From: Candidatus Aphodomorpha intestinavium | GTDB taxonomy: Bacteria; Bacillota; Clostridia; Christensenellales; CAG-138 | Direction of reading: 5' to 3' | Assembly: GCA_018713965.1 (NCBI GenBank) | Contig: DVNZ01000133.1 | Span: forward strand, 1-29,871 | DNA: 29,871 nucleotides | In this document: one piece after another, positions 15,492 through 25,117 of the stretch | Layout: each line of letters starts with the position of its first letter | How positions within the stretch are numbered: position 1 is the first letter of the stretch | The notes under the pieces: model-generated | The model's database searches: none | What the model saw: only the letters and a program-made list of their open reading frames with translations | Told to the model about the DNA's origin: nothing | Translations under genes and position numbers: made by a program

Positions 15492-17180
15492 TCAGGAAAC
15501 GGCGGCCGCCTGCGCGTCCAGCAGCAGCTGGCGCGCATGCCGCAGCGCGACGGGATCGTCCGGACGGCTGCCCATGATGCGGGCCAATTCGCGGCAGCGG
15601 CCCGCCTCGTCAAGGCGCGTCAGGGAGGACACGGTCTTTCCATCGATTTCCTGTTTGAATACGTGAAACTGCGCGTGGGCGCTCGCGGCGATCTGCGGCA
15701 GGTGCGTGATGCACAGCACCTGATGGCCGGACGCGATCTGCCTGAGCTTTTGCGCGACGGCGTTGCCGACCTGCCCGCTGATGCCCGCGTCGATCTCGTC
15801 GAACACCATGGTGTCGATGCCGTCGCCGTCGGAGAACACGCACTTGAGCGCGAGCATCACGCGCGAGAGCTCGCCGCCGGAGGCCACGCGCGAGAGCGGC
15901 TTGAGCGGCTCGCCCCGGTTGGCGGAGAACAGGAACTCCACCCCGTCCACGCCGCGCGCGGAGGGCGCCTCGCCGTCAAGGCGCGAAAACTGCACGCCAA
16001 AGCGCGCGTGCGGCATGCCGAGGCCGGCAAGCTCGGCGCTCAGGCGCGCGGACAACTGCTCCGCCGCGCCGCGCCGGATGTCGGAGAGCCGGCCGGCCAG
16101 CCCGTCATAGGCCGCCAGCGCCTCGCCGTACGCCTCCGTCAGCGCTTCGCGGCGCTGCGCGGCGTTTTGCAGCGCGTCGTACTCATCGCCAATGGACGCG
16201 CGGTAGCGCAGGATCTCGTCGATGTCCGCGCCGTATTTGCGCTTGAGGGCCGCGATGGTTTCCAGCCTGTCCTCGATCTGTTCGAGCGCGCCCGGGTCAA
16301 AGCTGAACGCGGCGCGCAGGTCGCGCAGCGCGTAGGAGATGTCCTCGATGGCGTAATACCCGTCGCGCAGCCGGTCGGAAAGCTCCGCATACTCGCCGCT
16401 GTACTGCGCCACGCCCGCCATGGCGCGCATGGCCGCCGAAAGCGGGCCGAGCGCCCCCTCGTCCCCGGAGAGCGCCGCGGCGCTGCTCTCGAGCGCATCC
16501 AGGATCGCCTGCGCGTTTTGCAGCAGGCGGCGCTGCTCGTGAAGCGGCTCCTCCTCGCCGCTTTTGAGCTGCGCGGCGTCGATCTCCTTCATCTGGTAGG
16601 CCAGCAGATCCAGCCGATGCGCGCGCTCGCGCTCGTCCATATCCGCCTCGCGCAGCGCCCGCCGCGCCTCGTGCGCGGCGGCGTATCGCTCGCCGAGCGC
16701 GGCGAGCAGCGGCTCCGTCTGCGCGGCGGCAAAGCGGTCCAGCAGCGCCAGGTGGCGGCGCACGTCCAGCAGCGACTGATGCTCGTGCTGGCCGTGGATG
16801 TCCACGAGCTGATCGCCCACCTGCTTGAGCGCCGCGGCGGAGATGAGCGTGCCGTTGACGCGGCATACGCTGCGGCCCGTGCTGAACAGCTCGCGCGAGA
16901 GGACGATCTCGCCGTCCTCCGCCGCAAGCGCGAGCTCCTCGAGCACGCGGTGCACGGGCGCGTCCGGCTCGAGCGCGAACGCGGCCTCCACGGCCGCCTT
17001 CTGCGCGCCGGTGCGGATGAGCTCGCGGCTGGCGCGCTCGCCAAGCACGAAATTGAGCGCCTCGATGATGATGGATTTGCCCGCGCCCGTCTCGCCCGTG
17101 AGGACGGTGAACCCATCCTCGAGCGAGACCGTCAGCCGGTCGATCAACGCGATATCCCTGATCCTGAGCGTCCGTAGCAT
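15492..17180 (-). CDS. recN: DNA repair protein RecN
   Basis: Walker A TGETGAGKS, DIHGQHEHQSL, ASGGELSR, Walker B FDEIDAGISG, CITHLPQIAA. Confidence 0.97.
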   Translation of the reverse strand: MLRTLRIRDIALIDRLTVSLEDGFTVLTGETGAGKSIIIEALNFVLGERASRELIRTGAQKAAVEAAFALEPDAPVHRVLEELALAAEDGEIVLSRELFSTGRSVCRVNGTLISAAALKQVGDQLVDIHGQHEHQSLLDVRRHLALLDRFAAAQTEPLLAALGERYAAAHEARRALREADMDERERAHRLDLLAYQMKEIDAAQLKSGEEEPLHEQRRLLQNAQAILDALESSAAALSGDEGALGPLSAAMRAMAGVAQYSGEYAELSDRLRDGYYAIEDISYALRDLRAAFSFDPGALEQIEDRLETIAALKRKYGADIDEILRYRASIGDEYDALQNAAQRREALTEAYGEALAAYDGLAGRLSDIRRGAAEQLSARLSAELAGLGMPHARFGVQFSRLDGEAPSARGVDGVEFLFSANRGEPLKPLSRVASGGELSRVMLALKCVFSDGDGIDTMVFDEIDAGISGQVGNAVAQKLRQIASGHQVLCITHLPQIAASAHAQFHVFKQEIDGKTVSSLTRLDEAGRCRELARIMGSRPDDPVALRHARQLLLDAQAAAVS

Positions 17181-17193
17181 CGGCCCTGCCCCG

Positions 17194-17649
17194 CTATTTC
17201 ATCATTTTCTGGAATTTGCGCACGACCTCCTGCGCCGCGCGCTCGTCATGGATGGCGATGAACACGGTGTTGTCCCCCGCGATGGTGCCGAGGATCTCCG
17301 GCCAGCGCAGCGAATCGATGGCCTCGCCTGCGGCGGACGCGCTGCCGGTGATCGTCTTGACCACGATCAGGTGGCCGGCGGAGGCGACCGAGAGGACGCA
17401 GTTTTCAAACATCTGGATGAAGCGCTCCTGCAGGTCCGCCTCCGCGCGCTCGGCCGTCGCATACTTGTAGCGGCCCTCGGGCGTGAGCACCTTGATCAGG
17501 CGCAGCTCCTTGATGTCGCGCGAGACGGTGGCCTGCGTGACGGAAAAGCCGTACTCGCGCAGCGCGCGCGCCAGCTCCTCCTGCGTTTCGATGTTCTGTG
17601 CGGCGATCATCTTCACGATGACCTCGTGCCGCTTGGATTTCACCGCCAT
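17194..17649 (-). CDS. argR: arginine repressor
   Basis: IETQEELA, VTQATVSRDIKEL, KT..GSA, EILGTIAGDNTVFI. Confidence 0.96.
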   Translation of the reverse strand: MAVKSKRHEVIVKMIAAQNIETQEELARALREYGFSVTQATVSRDIKELRLIKVLTPEGRYKYATAERAEADLQERFIQMFENCVLSVASAGHLIVVKTITGSASAAGEAIDSLRWPEILGTIAGDNTVFIAIHDERAAQEVVRKFQKMMK

Positions 17650-17675
17650 ACCGATCCCCCTGTCTACCGTGTGTT

Positions 17676-18464
17676 TTATGATAGTTTTTCCCGGATCAGC
17701 CGGAACAGATCGCTCTTTTCAAACCGAAGGAAGCTGCATGTGCGCTCCGCGCCCGTGACAAGCAGCACGTCGCCGCGGCGCACCTCGCTCACGCGCGTGC
17801 CGTCGGCCAGGATGACCCCGCCGTCGGCGGTGCAGAAGCGGATCTGCGCGCCCGGCGCCGTCACGATGGGCCGGAAGTGCAGCGTGTGCGGGCATACGGG
17901 CGTCACGGCGATGGCGTCGAGCCCGCTGGCCAGGATCGGCCCGCCCGCCGAAAGCGTATACGCGGTGGAGCCGGTCGGCGTGGCGGCGATTACCCCGTCG
18001 CAAAAGACCGTGCCCACGGGCGTGCCGTCGATGTCGATGGCGATCTGCGCCACGCCTGAGAGCGATTCGCGCGATACCAGCACATCGTTGAGGCAGTAAA
18101 ACGGCTCGCCGCCGTTGAGCGAGCAGCGCAGCATCATGCGCCGCTCGATGAGATAGTCGCCCGCGCGCAGCCGCTCAAGCGCGGCCGGGAACATGGTGCG
18201 CGACAGCTCCGAAAGAAAGCCGATCCGCCCGAGGTTGATGCCGAGCAGGGGCACGCCGCACGCCGCGGCCGCCGCCGCAAAGCGCAGCAGCGAACCGTCG
18301 CCGCCCGCCACGACCAGCGCGTCGAGCGCGCCGCAGCCGGCGAGCGCCGCCGCGTCCTCCACCAGCGCGCAGCAGACGCCCTGCGCCGCGCAGCAGCGCA
18401 TCAGCTCGTCCCGCGTGTCGATGGCCCCGTCCTTTTTGGGATTTGCAGCAAACCCGATCCGCAT
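17676..18464 (-). CDS. nadK: NAD(+) kinase
   Basis: GGDGSLL, GINLGRIGFL, LNDV, DGVIAATPTGSTAYTLSAGGPI, PVCPHTL. Confidence 0.95.
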   Translation of the reverse strand: MRIGFAANPKKDGAIDTRDELMRCCAAQGVCCALVEDAAALAGCGALDALVVAGGDGSLLRFAAAAAACGVPLLGINLGRIGFLSELSRTMFPAALERLRAGDYLIERRMMLRCSLNGGEPFYCLNDVLVSRESLSGVAQIAIDIDGTPVGTVFCDGVIAATPTGSTAYTLSAGGPILASGLDAIAVTPVCPHTLHFRPIVTAPGAQIRFCTADGGVILADGTRVSEVRRGDVLLVTGAERTCSFLRFEKSDLFRLIREKLS

Positions 18465-18511
18465 GTCCGGCGGTCCGTTCCTTTCCTGTCGGGCAAACAG
18501 CCCTTATGTTC

Positions 18512-18540
18512 AGTATACCGCGCCGCGCGGGCGATGACAA
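18512..18540 (-). promoter_or_regulatory. sigma-A-type promoter for nadK-argR-recN
   Basis: TTGTCA-17 nt-TATACT. Confidence 0.7.
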
Positions 18541-18544
18541 GCGG

Positions 18545-18579
18545 AAAAACCGCCCGGCCCCGCCGCGCGCCGCCGGGCG
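18545..18579 (-). terminator. probable terminator after tlyA
   Basis: CGCCCGGC-13 nt-GCCGGGCG followed by GTTTTT on the minus strand. Confidence 0.5.
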
Positions 18580-18585
18580 CGCCGC

Positions 18586-19407
18586 TCAGCCCTCCCCCGC
18601 ATGCGCGCGCACGCCCGCGTGCGCCGCGGCGACGACCGCCTCCACCGCCGCCGCATCCGGCACGGGCGGGCGGTCCTGCGCCCTTTGCAGGTGGAGCAGA
18701 AACTCGATGTTCCCCTTCGGCCCGGTGATGGGGGAAAAGGACAGCCCGCGCACCGCATAGCCCAGCCCGTCGGCAAAGCCGATGACCTGCCGGCATACGG
18801 CCGCGTGGACGGCCGGGTCGCGCACGACGCCGTGCTTGCCCACCTCGCTGCGGCCCGCCTCGAACTGCGGCTTGACCAGCGCGACCACCGTGCCGTCCGG
18901 CGCGAGGCAGGGCAGCAGCGGCGGCAGGATCAGCCTGAGCGAGATGAACGACACGTCGATGGACGCAAATGCCGCCGGCTGCGCAAACCAGCCCGGCTCC
19001 ATATACCGCGCGTTCGTGCGCTCCATGACGGTCACGCGCGCGTCGCCGCGCAGCTTCCAGTCGAGCTGGCCGTACCCCACGTCGATGGCGCACACGTGCG
19101 CCGCGCCGTTTTGCAGCATGCAGTCGGTAAACCCGCCGGTGGACGCGCCCACGTCGAGCGCATAGGCGCCGGTCAGGTCGATGCCGAACACACCGAGCGC
19201 CTTTTGCAGCTTCAGCCCGCCGCGGCTGACGAACGGCACCGGGTCCTCGCGCACCTCCACGGCCGCGCCCTCCGGCACCGGCATGCCCGCCTTGTCCGCC
19301 CGGCGGCCGTCCACATACACCACGCCCGCCATGACGAGCGCGCGCGCCCGTTCGCGGCTTGGCGCAAGACCGCGCCGAAACAGCGCGACGTCCACCCGTT
19401 CGCTCAT
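18586..19407 (-). CDS. tlyA: TlyA family rRNA (cytidine-2'-O)-methyltransferase
   Basis: S4 domain, FVSRGGLKL, LDVGASTGGFTDCMLQ, IDVSFISL, LVKPQFE, SPITGPKGNIEF. ATG 19407 overlaps the dxs stop. Confidence 0.96.
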   Translation of the reverse strand: MSERVDVALFRRGLAPSRERARALVMAGVVYVDGRRADKAGMPVPEGAAVEVREDPVPFVSRGGLKLQKALGVFGIDLTGAYALDVGASTGGFTDCMLQNGAAHVCAIDVGYGQLDWKLRGDARVTVMERTNARYMEPGWFAQPAAFASIDVSFISLRLILPPLLPCLAPDGTVVALVKPQFEAGRSEVGKHGVVRDPAVHAAVCRQVIGFADGLGYAVRGLSFSPITGPKGNIEFLLHLQRAQDRPPVPDAAAVEAVVAAAHAGVRAHAGEG

Positions 19408-21192
19408 GCTCCCTCCAAAATGGCCCGCCGCAGCGCGGCGGCCGTCATGCCAAAGCGCGCGCGCTGCTGCGCGACGGTCCCCTGCGCCACGGGCCGGTTT
19501 TCCACGCCGATGGCGCGCACCGGCAGGGGCGAGAGCGCCGCCTGCATGCGCGTGCCGAAGCTGACCACGCCGTCCTCGAGCGTGATGACGCGCCGCGCGC
19601 CGCCGCGCAGCGCCGCAAGCGCCGCCGCGTCCAGCTCGTGCAGGAAGCGCGCGTTGATCAGCCCCGCCCCCGTCTCCCGCGCGACGGGCAGCGCCAGCTC
19701 GACCATGCAGCCCGTCGCCACGACCGTGACGGCGGCCACGGGCAGCAGCGTCTCCCACCGGCCAAACGCGAGCGGCTCCGCCGGGACGGCCTCCATCAGC
19801 CCGCCGCGGTTGTAGCGGATGGCCGCGGGCTCGCCCCGTTCAAGGGCCATCTCCAGCATGGCGGCAAGCTCCTGCTGCGTGGCCGGGGAATAGATCGCCA
19901 TGCCGGGCATGGCGGACAGGTAGGCGACGTCGTACACGCCCTGGTGCGTCTCCCCGTCCTCGCCGACGAGGCCGGCGCGGTCCACCGCGCACACCACCGG
20001 CAGGCGCTGCAGGCACACGTCGTGCAGCAGCTGGTCATAGGCGCGCTGCAAAAAGGAGGAATAGATCGCCACCACCGGGCGCAGGCCGCCCGCGGCCATG
20101 CCGGCGGCCATGGTGACGGCGTGCTGTTCGGCGATGCCCACGTCGAAAAACCGCTCCGGGAACCGCGCCCGGAAGGCGGAAAGCCCCGTGCCCCCCGGCA
20201 TGGCGGCGCACACGGCCACGACGCGCTCATCGCGCTCAGCCAGGCGCACGAGCGCCTCGCCAAACGCCTCGGAATTGCTGCGGCGGCACGCCGTGGAAGC
20301 GCTCCGGGTCCCGCTCCGCCGGCGCATAGCCGCGCCCCTTTTTGGTGACCGCGTGCACCAGCACGGGGCGGCGCAGCGCCTGCGCGCGGCGCAGCACGCG
20401 CACCAGCTCGCCGATGTCGTGCCCGTCGATGGGGCCCAGATAGGTAAAGCCCAGCTCCTCAAAGAGCATGTGCGGCAGCAGGAAATTCTTGACGCGGTTT
20501 TTGAACTCCTCCATGCGGTGCGAGACGGCGCGGCCCAGCGGCCCGGCGTCGAGCGTGCGCACGATGGCGCGCTTGAAGCGCAGGTAGCCCTGGCTGGTGC
20601 GCATGTTGAGCAGCGAGCGCCGCAGCGAGCCGACGTTGGCGGCGATGGACATGCCGTTGTCGTTGAGAATCACGACCAGCGGCGCCTCCGACGCGCCCGC
20701 GTCGTTGAGCGCCTCAAAGGCCATGCCGCCGGAGAGCGCGCCGTCGCCCACGAGCGCGACCGCGCAGCCCTCCTCGCCGCGCAGCTGCATGGCGCGCGCC
20801 ATGCCCAGCGCCGCGGAGACGGCGGTGCTCGCGTGTCCGGTGTCGAACGCGTCGTGCGCGCTCTCGGCCCGCTTGGGGAAGCCGCTCACGCCCCCCTCCG
20901 TGCGCAGCGTGTCAAAGCGCGCGTTGCGCCCGGTGAGGAGCTTGTGCGCGTACGCCTGGTGGCCCACGTCGAACACGAGCCGGTCCTTTGGCGAGCTGAA
21001 CACGCGGTGCATGGCGATGATGAGCTCCACCGCGCCGAGGCTGGAGGCCAGGTGCCCGCCGGTTTTGCCGACGACCTCGATCATGCGCGCGCGCAGCTCG
21101 CCCGCGAGCGCGTCGAGCGCGCTGTCCGGCAGGCGCAGAAAATCCTCTATGCCGTTGATCCCGCTCAAAAGCGGATACGCCTTATCGTCCAT
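19404..21192 (-). pseudogene. dxs: 1-deoxy-D-xylulose-5-phosphate synthase, frameshifted at about 20280 (true lesion or sequence error)
   Basis: N-half (21192 down to about 20281): GGHLASSLG, FDVGHQAY, TGHAST, GDGALSGG.AFEALND, NDNGMSI, GPIDGHD, FHGV. C-half in another frame (about 20279 down to 19404): FDVGIAEQHA, YSSFLQRAYDQ, DRAGLVGEDGETHQG. Confidence 0.9.
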
Positions 21193-21218
21193 GTCCCGTT
21201 CCCGTCCGCGGGGCCGCC

Positions 21219-22073
21219 TCAGCGGCTGCGCGTGAGCGTCCTGCCGACGAGCTCCTGCAAAAACATCCGGTCGCCCTCGACCTGTTCGAGCGCCTCGGCC
21301 GCCAGGCGCGCCGCGATGCCCGCCTCCTCCCGCGCCGGCTCGAGCCCGTAGAGCGTGACGAACGTCGCCTTGTTCTCCCGCGCGTCCTTGCCGGCGGTCT
21401 TGCCCAGCAGCGCCGGCTCGCCCGTCACGTCCAGGATATCGTCCGTGATCTGGAACAGCAGGCCGAAATGCTCCGCAAAGGCGGTGAGCGGCGCAAGGTT
21501 GCGCCCCGTCTCGGACGCGCCGGCCGAATACGCGCCCGCCAGCACGGCCGCGCGGATGAGCGCGCCGGTCTTCCTGGCGTGCATGTCGAACAGGCTCTCC
21601 GCGCCGTGCGTGCCGTTGATGTCCATGCTCTGGCCCGATACCATGTCGAGCGCGCCGCGGGATACGCACTGCATGACCTTGGCGTTGCCCGTCTGCGAGA
21701 GCACATAGAACGCGAGCGAGAGCAGCCCGTCGCCGGCGAGGATGGCGTTCCCCTCGCCAAACGCCTTGTGCGAGCTGGGCTTGCCGCGGCGCATGTCGTC
21801 GTCGTCCATGGCGGGCAGATCGTCGTGGATGAGGGAATAGGTGTGGATCATCTCCACCGCGCACGCCGCCTTGATCGCGTCCGCCGCCGTGCCGCCGAGC
21901 AGCTCGCACACGGCAAGGCACAGCACCGGCCGCAGCCGCTTGCCGCCGCCCATCAGGCTGTAGGCCATGCTTTCGTACAGCTTCGCCGGCGCGTCCGCCT
22001 GCGAGAGCAGCACGTCGAGCATGCTCTCCGTCATGGCGGTGTAATAGGTCATCCGCTCGTCAAAGCCGTTCAT
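21219..22073 (-). CDS. ispA: farnesyl/geranyl diphosphate synthase
   Basis: GGKRLRP, SLIHDDLPAMDDDDMRRGKP (FARM), GDGLL, KTGALI, FQITDDILD (SARM). Confidence 0.95.
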   Translation of the reverse strand: MNGFDERMTYYTAMTESMLDVLLSQADAPAKLYESMAYSLMGGGKRLRPVLCLAVCELLGGTAADAIKAACAVEMIHTYSLIHDDLPAMDDDDMRRGKPSSHKAFGEGNAILAGDGLLSLAFYVLSQTGNAKVMQCVSRGALDMVSGQSMDINGTHGAESLFDMHARKTGALIRAAVLAGAYSAGASETGRNLAPLTAFAEHFGLLFQITDDILDVTGEPALLGKTAGKDARENKATFVTLYGLEPAREEAGIAARLAAEALEQVEGDRMFLQELVGRTLTRSR

Positions 22074-22276
22074 GCGCCGCCCTCCTTCGGCAGGCGGAGC
22101 ATGGTCAGCTTCTGCTCGTAGCCGTCGAGCATGGCCGCGCACCGGTCGTGCAGGCGCACGCCCTCCTCATAGAGCGTCATCATATCCGCAAGGCTCCCGC
22201 TGCCCGATTCGAGCGTTTTGACGATCTCCTCAAGGCGCTGCACGGCCTGTTCATAGCTCATGGACCGTTCTTCCAT
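22070..22276 (-). CDS. xseB: exodeoxyribonuclease VII small subunit
   Basis: SYEQAVQRLEEIVKTLE...SL...YEEGV.L...C...L; follows xseA. Confidence 0.93.
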   Translation of the reverse strand: MEERSMSYEQAVQRLEEIVKTLESGSGSLADMMTLYEEGVRLHDRCAAMLDGYEQKLTMLRLPKEGGA

Positions 22277-22279
22277 GCG

Positions 22280-23500
22280 TCAGGACTCCTTCCTGTGGAT
22301 GTCGTTCACCGCGGCGGACAGGCTGCCGTCGCGCAGGCGGACGGAGATCTCCATGCCCGCGCGCGCATCGTCCACCGACGAGAGCACGGCGCCCTCCGCC
22401 GTGCGCACCACGGCGTAGCCGCGGCCGAGCACCGCGTCCGGGTCGAGCGCGGCGAGCTTACCGCCCAGCTGCGCGAGCCGGTGCCGCTCGGCGAGCAGCC
22501 GCTGCTCGGCGCCGCGCTCGAGCGATTGCCGCGCCGCATCGAGCGCAAAGCGCGCGTCCGCCAGGCGGCGCTGCGGCGCGGCGAAGCCGGCCCCGTGCAG
22601 CAGCAGCGCCAGCCGGTCGCGCCGCCGGGTAAGCCCGGCGCCGAGCGAGGCGGCCAGCCGCGCGCCGAGCGAGGCGAGCGCCGCCGCGCACTCCTCATAC
22701 GCCGGCACGGCCAGCTCCGCCGCGGCGGAGGGCGTGGGCGCGCGCAGGTCCGCCACAAAATCCGCGATGGTGAAATCCGTCTCGTGCCCCACGGCGCTGA
22801 TGACCGGCAGCTCGCTCTCGTAGATGGCCTTCGCCACCGCCGGCTCGTTGAACGCAAAGAGATCCTCGATGCTGCCGCCGCCGCGCCCCACGATCAGCAC
22901 GTCCGCGGCGCGCTGGCGGTTCATCTCCCGGATGCCGGCGGCGATCTCCTGCGCCGCGCCCTCCCCCTGCACCTTCACCGGGCAGAGGCAGACGGGCATC
23001 TTCGGGAAGCGGCGGCCGATGATCTGCATCACGTCCTGGATGGCCGCGCCCGTGCCGGACGTGACCACGCCCACGCAGCGCGGCAGGAACGGGATGGGCT
23101 TTTTGTGCGCCGGGTCGAAATACCCCTCCTGCTCGAGCTGCTGTCTGAGCGCCAGAAACCGCGCGTACAGCGCGCCCGCGCCCTCCCGTTCGAGCGCCTG
23201 CACATAGAGCTGGAAGCTCCCGTCGCGCGCATACAGCGCGGCGTAGCCCTGCGCGCGCACCTGCATGCCGTCCTCCGGGCGAAAGCCCAGCCGCAGCGCC
23301 TGCCCCTTGAACATGACGCAGCGCACCAGGGCGGACTCATCCTTGAGGGAAAAATAGAGATGGCCCGAGCTGTGGCGCTTGAAGCCGCTGATCTCGCCGC
23401 GCACGGTCAGGCTGCGCAGCCGCTCGTCCGCGGCCAGCAGCGCGCCGACATAGGCGTTGAGCTCCGAGACGGAGAATACCATCTGCGGCGTTTCGCTCAC
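22280..23500 (-). CDS. xseA: exodeoxyribonuclease VII large subunit
   Basis: VRGEISGFKRHSSGHLYFSLKD, GVVTSGTGAAIQD, GRGGGSIEDLFAFN, SAVGHETDFTIADFVADLRAPTPSAAAE. Confidence 0.96.
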   Translation of the reverse strand: MSETPQMVFSVSELNAYVGALLAADERLRSLTVRGEISGFKRHSSGHLYFSLKDESALVRCVMFKGQALRLGFRPEDGMQVRAQGYAALYARDGSFQLYVQALEREGAGALYARFLALRQQLEQEGYFDPAHKKPIPFLPRCVGVVTSGTGAAIQDVMQIIGRRFPKMPVCLCPVKVQGEGAAQEIAAGIREMNRQRAADVLIVGRGGGSIEDLFAFNEPAVAKAIYESELPVISAVGHETDFTIADFVADLRAPTPSAAAELAVPAYEECAAALASLGARLAASLGAGLTRRRDRLALLLHGAGFAAPQRRLADARFALDAARQSLERGAEQRLLAERHRLAQLGGKLAALDPDAVLGRGYAVVRTAEGAVLSSVDDARAGMEISVRLRDGSLSAAVNDIHRKES

Positions 23501-24456
23501 GGCGCGTCACCTCCCGCTTCGTCCGCGGCCAGCAGCGCGGCCCCCACGGCGTTGTCGCCCGAGAGCGCGCTCTGCCCAAAGTACAGCCGCACGCCGCCGG
23601 CAAGGCGCTTTGCCAGCAGCTCCCGCAGCAGCGCGCTCGACGCCACGCCGCCGCACAAAAGCGCCTCCTGCCTGCCGGTCTGCCGCGCGGCCGACGCGAG
23701 CAGCCGCGCGAGCGTGCGCGCAAGAAAGTCATATACGGCGTAGGCCACCTCCTGCGCGGGCGCGCCGGAAGCGAGCAGGCGCTTTGCCTGCGCCTCCGCG
23801 CCGGAGAGGGAGCAGTCGAGCCCGCGCACGGACGCCGGGAAGCGGAGCGACCGCTCCCGGGCCTGCCGCGCCAGCGTCTCAAACCGCGCGCCGCACGGGA
23901 AGGCAAGCCCCATCGCCACGCCCAGGCGGTCCACCAGCTGGCCCGCGTGCAGGTCCGCCGACGCGCCGAGCGGGACGGCCTCGCCCAGCCGCCCGTGCCC
24001 GGCGCGCACCAGCAGCAGGTCCGTCGTGCCGCCGGAGAGGTGCACGGCGAGAAACTCCCCCGCAAAAAGAAGCGCCTCGTTGCCCAGCAGCGCGGCGCGC
24101 AGGTGCCCGGCCTGGTGCGTGACCGGCACCAGCGGCACGCCGAGCGCCCCGGCCACGGCCGTCGCGGCGAGCTTTCCGGCGAGGAACACCGGCATGTAGG
24201 AGCCCGGCGCGGCGGTGGGCGACAGGCTGGCGGCGACCGCGCGCACCGTCCCCCCGCCCGTGCGGGCGAACAGCTCGTCCAGCAGCCCCGGCAGGTTGCG
24301 GTCGTGCTGGAAGAGCGCATCGCTCTGGCGCAGGCCGCGGCCGCCCGGCGGCACGGTCAGCCCCGCGCGCAGATCCGCCACGACCGCCCCGTCCGCCACG
24401 GCGGCGGCGGAGGTGGTGTAGCAGCTCGTATCAAAGCCGAGGAACAGATCCTTCAT
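23497..24456 (-). CDS. TsaD/Kae1-like paralog ('O-sialoglycoprotein endopeptidase' family), function unknown
   Basis: LGFDTSCYTTS, HQAGH, LSGGTT, AGQLVDRLG, CGGVAS, GDNAVG. Confidence 0.85.
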   Translation of the reverse strand: MKDLFLGFDTSCYTTSAAAVADGAVVADLRAGLTVPPGGRGLRQSDALFQHDRNLPGLLDELFARTGGGTVRAVAASLSPTAAPGSYMPVFLAGKLAATAVAGALGVPLVPVTHQAGHLRAALLGNEALLFAGEFLAVHLSGGTTDLLLVRAGHGRLGEAVPLGASADLHAGQLVDRLGVAMGLAFPCGARFETLARQARERSLRFPASVRGLDCSLSGAEAQAKRLLASGAPAQEVAYAVYDFLARTLARLLASAARQTGRQEALLCGGVASSALLRELLAKRLAGGVRLYFGQSALSGDNAVGAALLAADEAGGDAP

Positions 24457-24872
24457 CCCACCGGCGCGGCGCAGCGCTCCCGCGCGACGGCGCCCAGGAT
24501 GCCGTTGACAAACGCGGAGGATTTTTCGCCGCCAAAGCGCTTGGCCAGCTCCACCGCCTCGTTGATGGCCGCGCCGCAGGGCACGTCGTCCCGGTACAGC
24601 ATTTCGTAGACCGCGATGCGCAGGATGGACAGATCCACGCGCGCGATGCGCCCGATGGACCAGTCGATGGCGTGCGCGGCGATGACGGCGTCCAGCTCGT
24701 CCGCGCGCGCCTCCACGCCGGCGGCCAGCGCCTCGGCAAAGGCGGCGTCCTCAACGCTCAGCGGCTCCGCTTCGCCGGACTTTTCCAGCACGGCGGCGGG
24801 GGTATCCTCCCCGCCGAGCAGGCGGGAATAGGCGAGCTTCATGGCGACCTCGCGCGCCAGCGACCTGCTCAT
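24453..24872 (-). CDS. nusB: transcription antitermination factor NusB
   Basis: RSLAREVAMK, WSIGRIARVDLSILRIAVYEM, INEAVELAKRFG, FVNGILG. Confidence 0.96.
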   Translation of the reverse strand: MSRSLAREVAMKLAYSRLLGGEDTPAAVLEKSGEAEPLSVEDAAFAEALAAGVEARADELDAVIAAHAIDWSIGRIARVDLSILRIAVYEMLYRDDVPCGAAINEAVELAKRFGGEKSSAFVNGILGAVARERCAAPVG

Positions 24873-25108
24873 GCGTCACGCTCCCTGCCGAAGACCCGGC
24901 CCGCCGCACGGCGCAGCCACGCGCCCAGGCGCGCGCCGCCGTGCGCGTCCAGCTCGCGCCCGAGCGCAAAGCCGCCGCCTGCAAGGGCGCACAGCAGCAG
25001 CGTGCGCCAGAACCCTGCCGTCAGCAGCAGGATGGCGCACGCCAGCCCCAGCAGCGCGCACGCCACCGTCCATTTGTGCGCCGTGACAAACGCGATCAGC
25101 TCGCTCAT
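24869..25108 (-). CDS. DUF2273-type small membrane protein
   Basis: 79 aa, two hydrophobic helices (G.ACAILLL..GFWRTLLL...GGGF.LG...D); conserved position between amaP and nusB. Confidence 0.75.
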   Translation of the reverse strand: MSELIAFVTAHKWTVACALLGLACAILLLTAGFWRTLLLCALAGGGFALGRELDAHGGARLGAWLRRAAGRVFGRERDA

Positions 25109-25117
25109 ACGGGCTCC

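Noticed and set aside
15489-17177. 562-aa plus-strand ORF mirroring recN, and other long antisense ORFs (1022..2650, 6596..9343, 10243..12672, 13674..15440, 22148..23743, 26454..27959, 27742..29187)
   Set aside because: Arg/Ala/Gly-rich, motif-free translations lying opposite well-supported genes; explained by GC-biased codon usage
17260-17290. ArgR GDNT instead of GDDT in the arginine-binding region
   Set aside because: As I recall, GDNT is a common variant in clostridial ArgR and is not evidence of altered function
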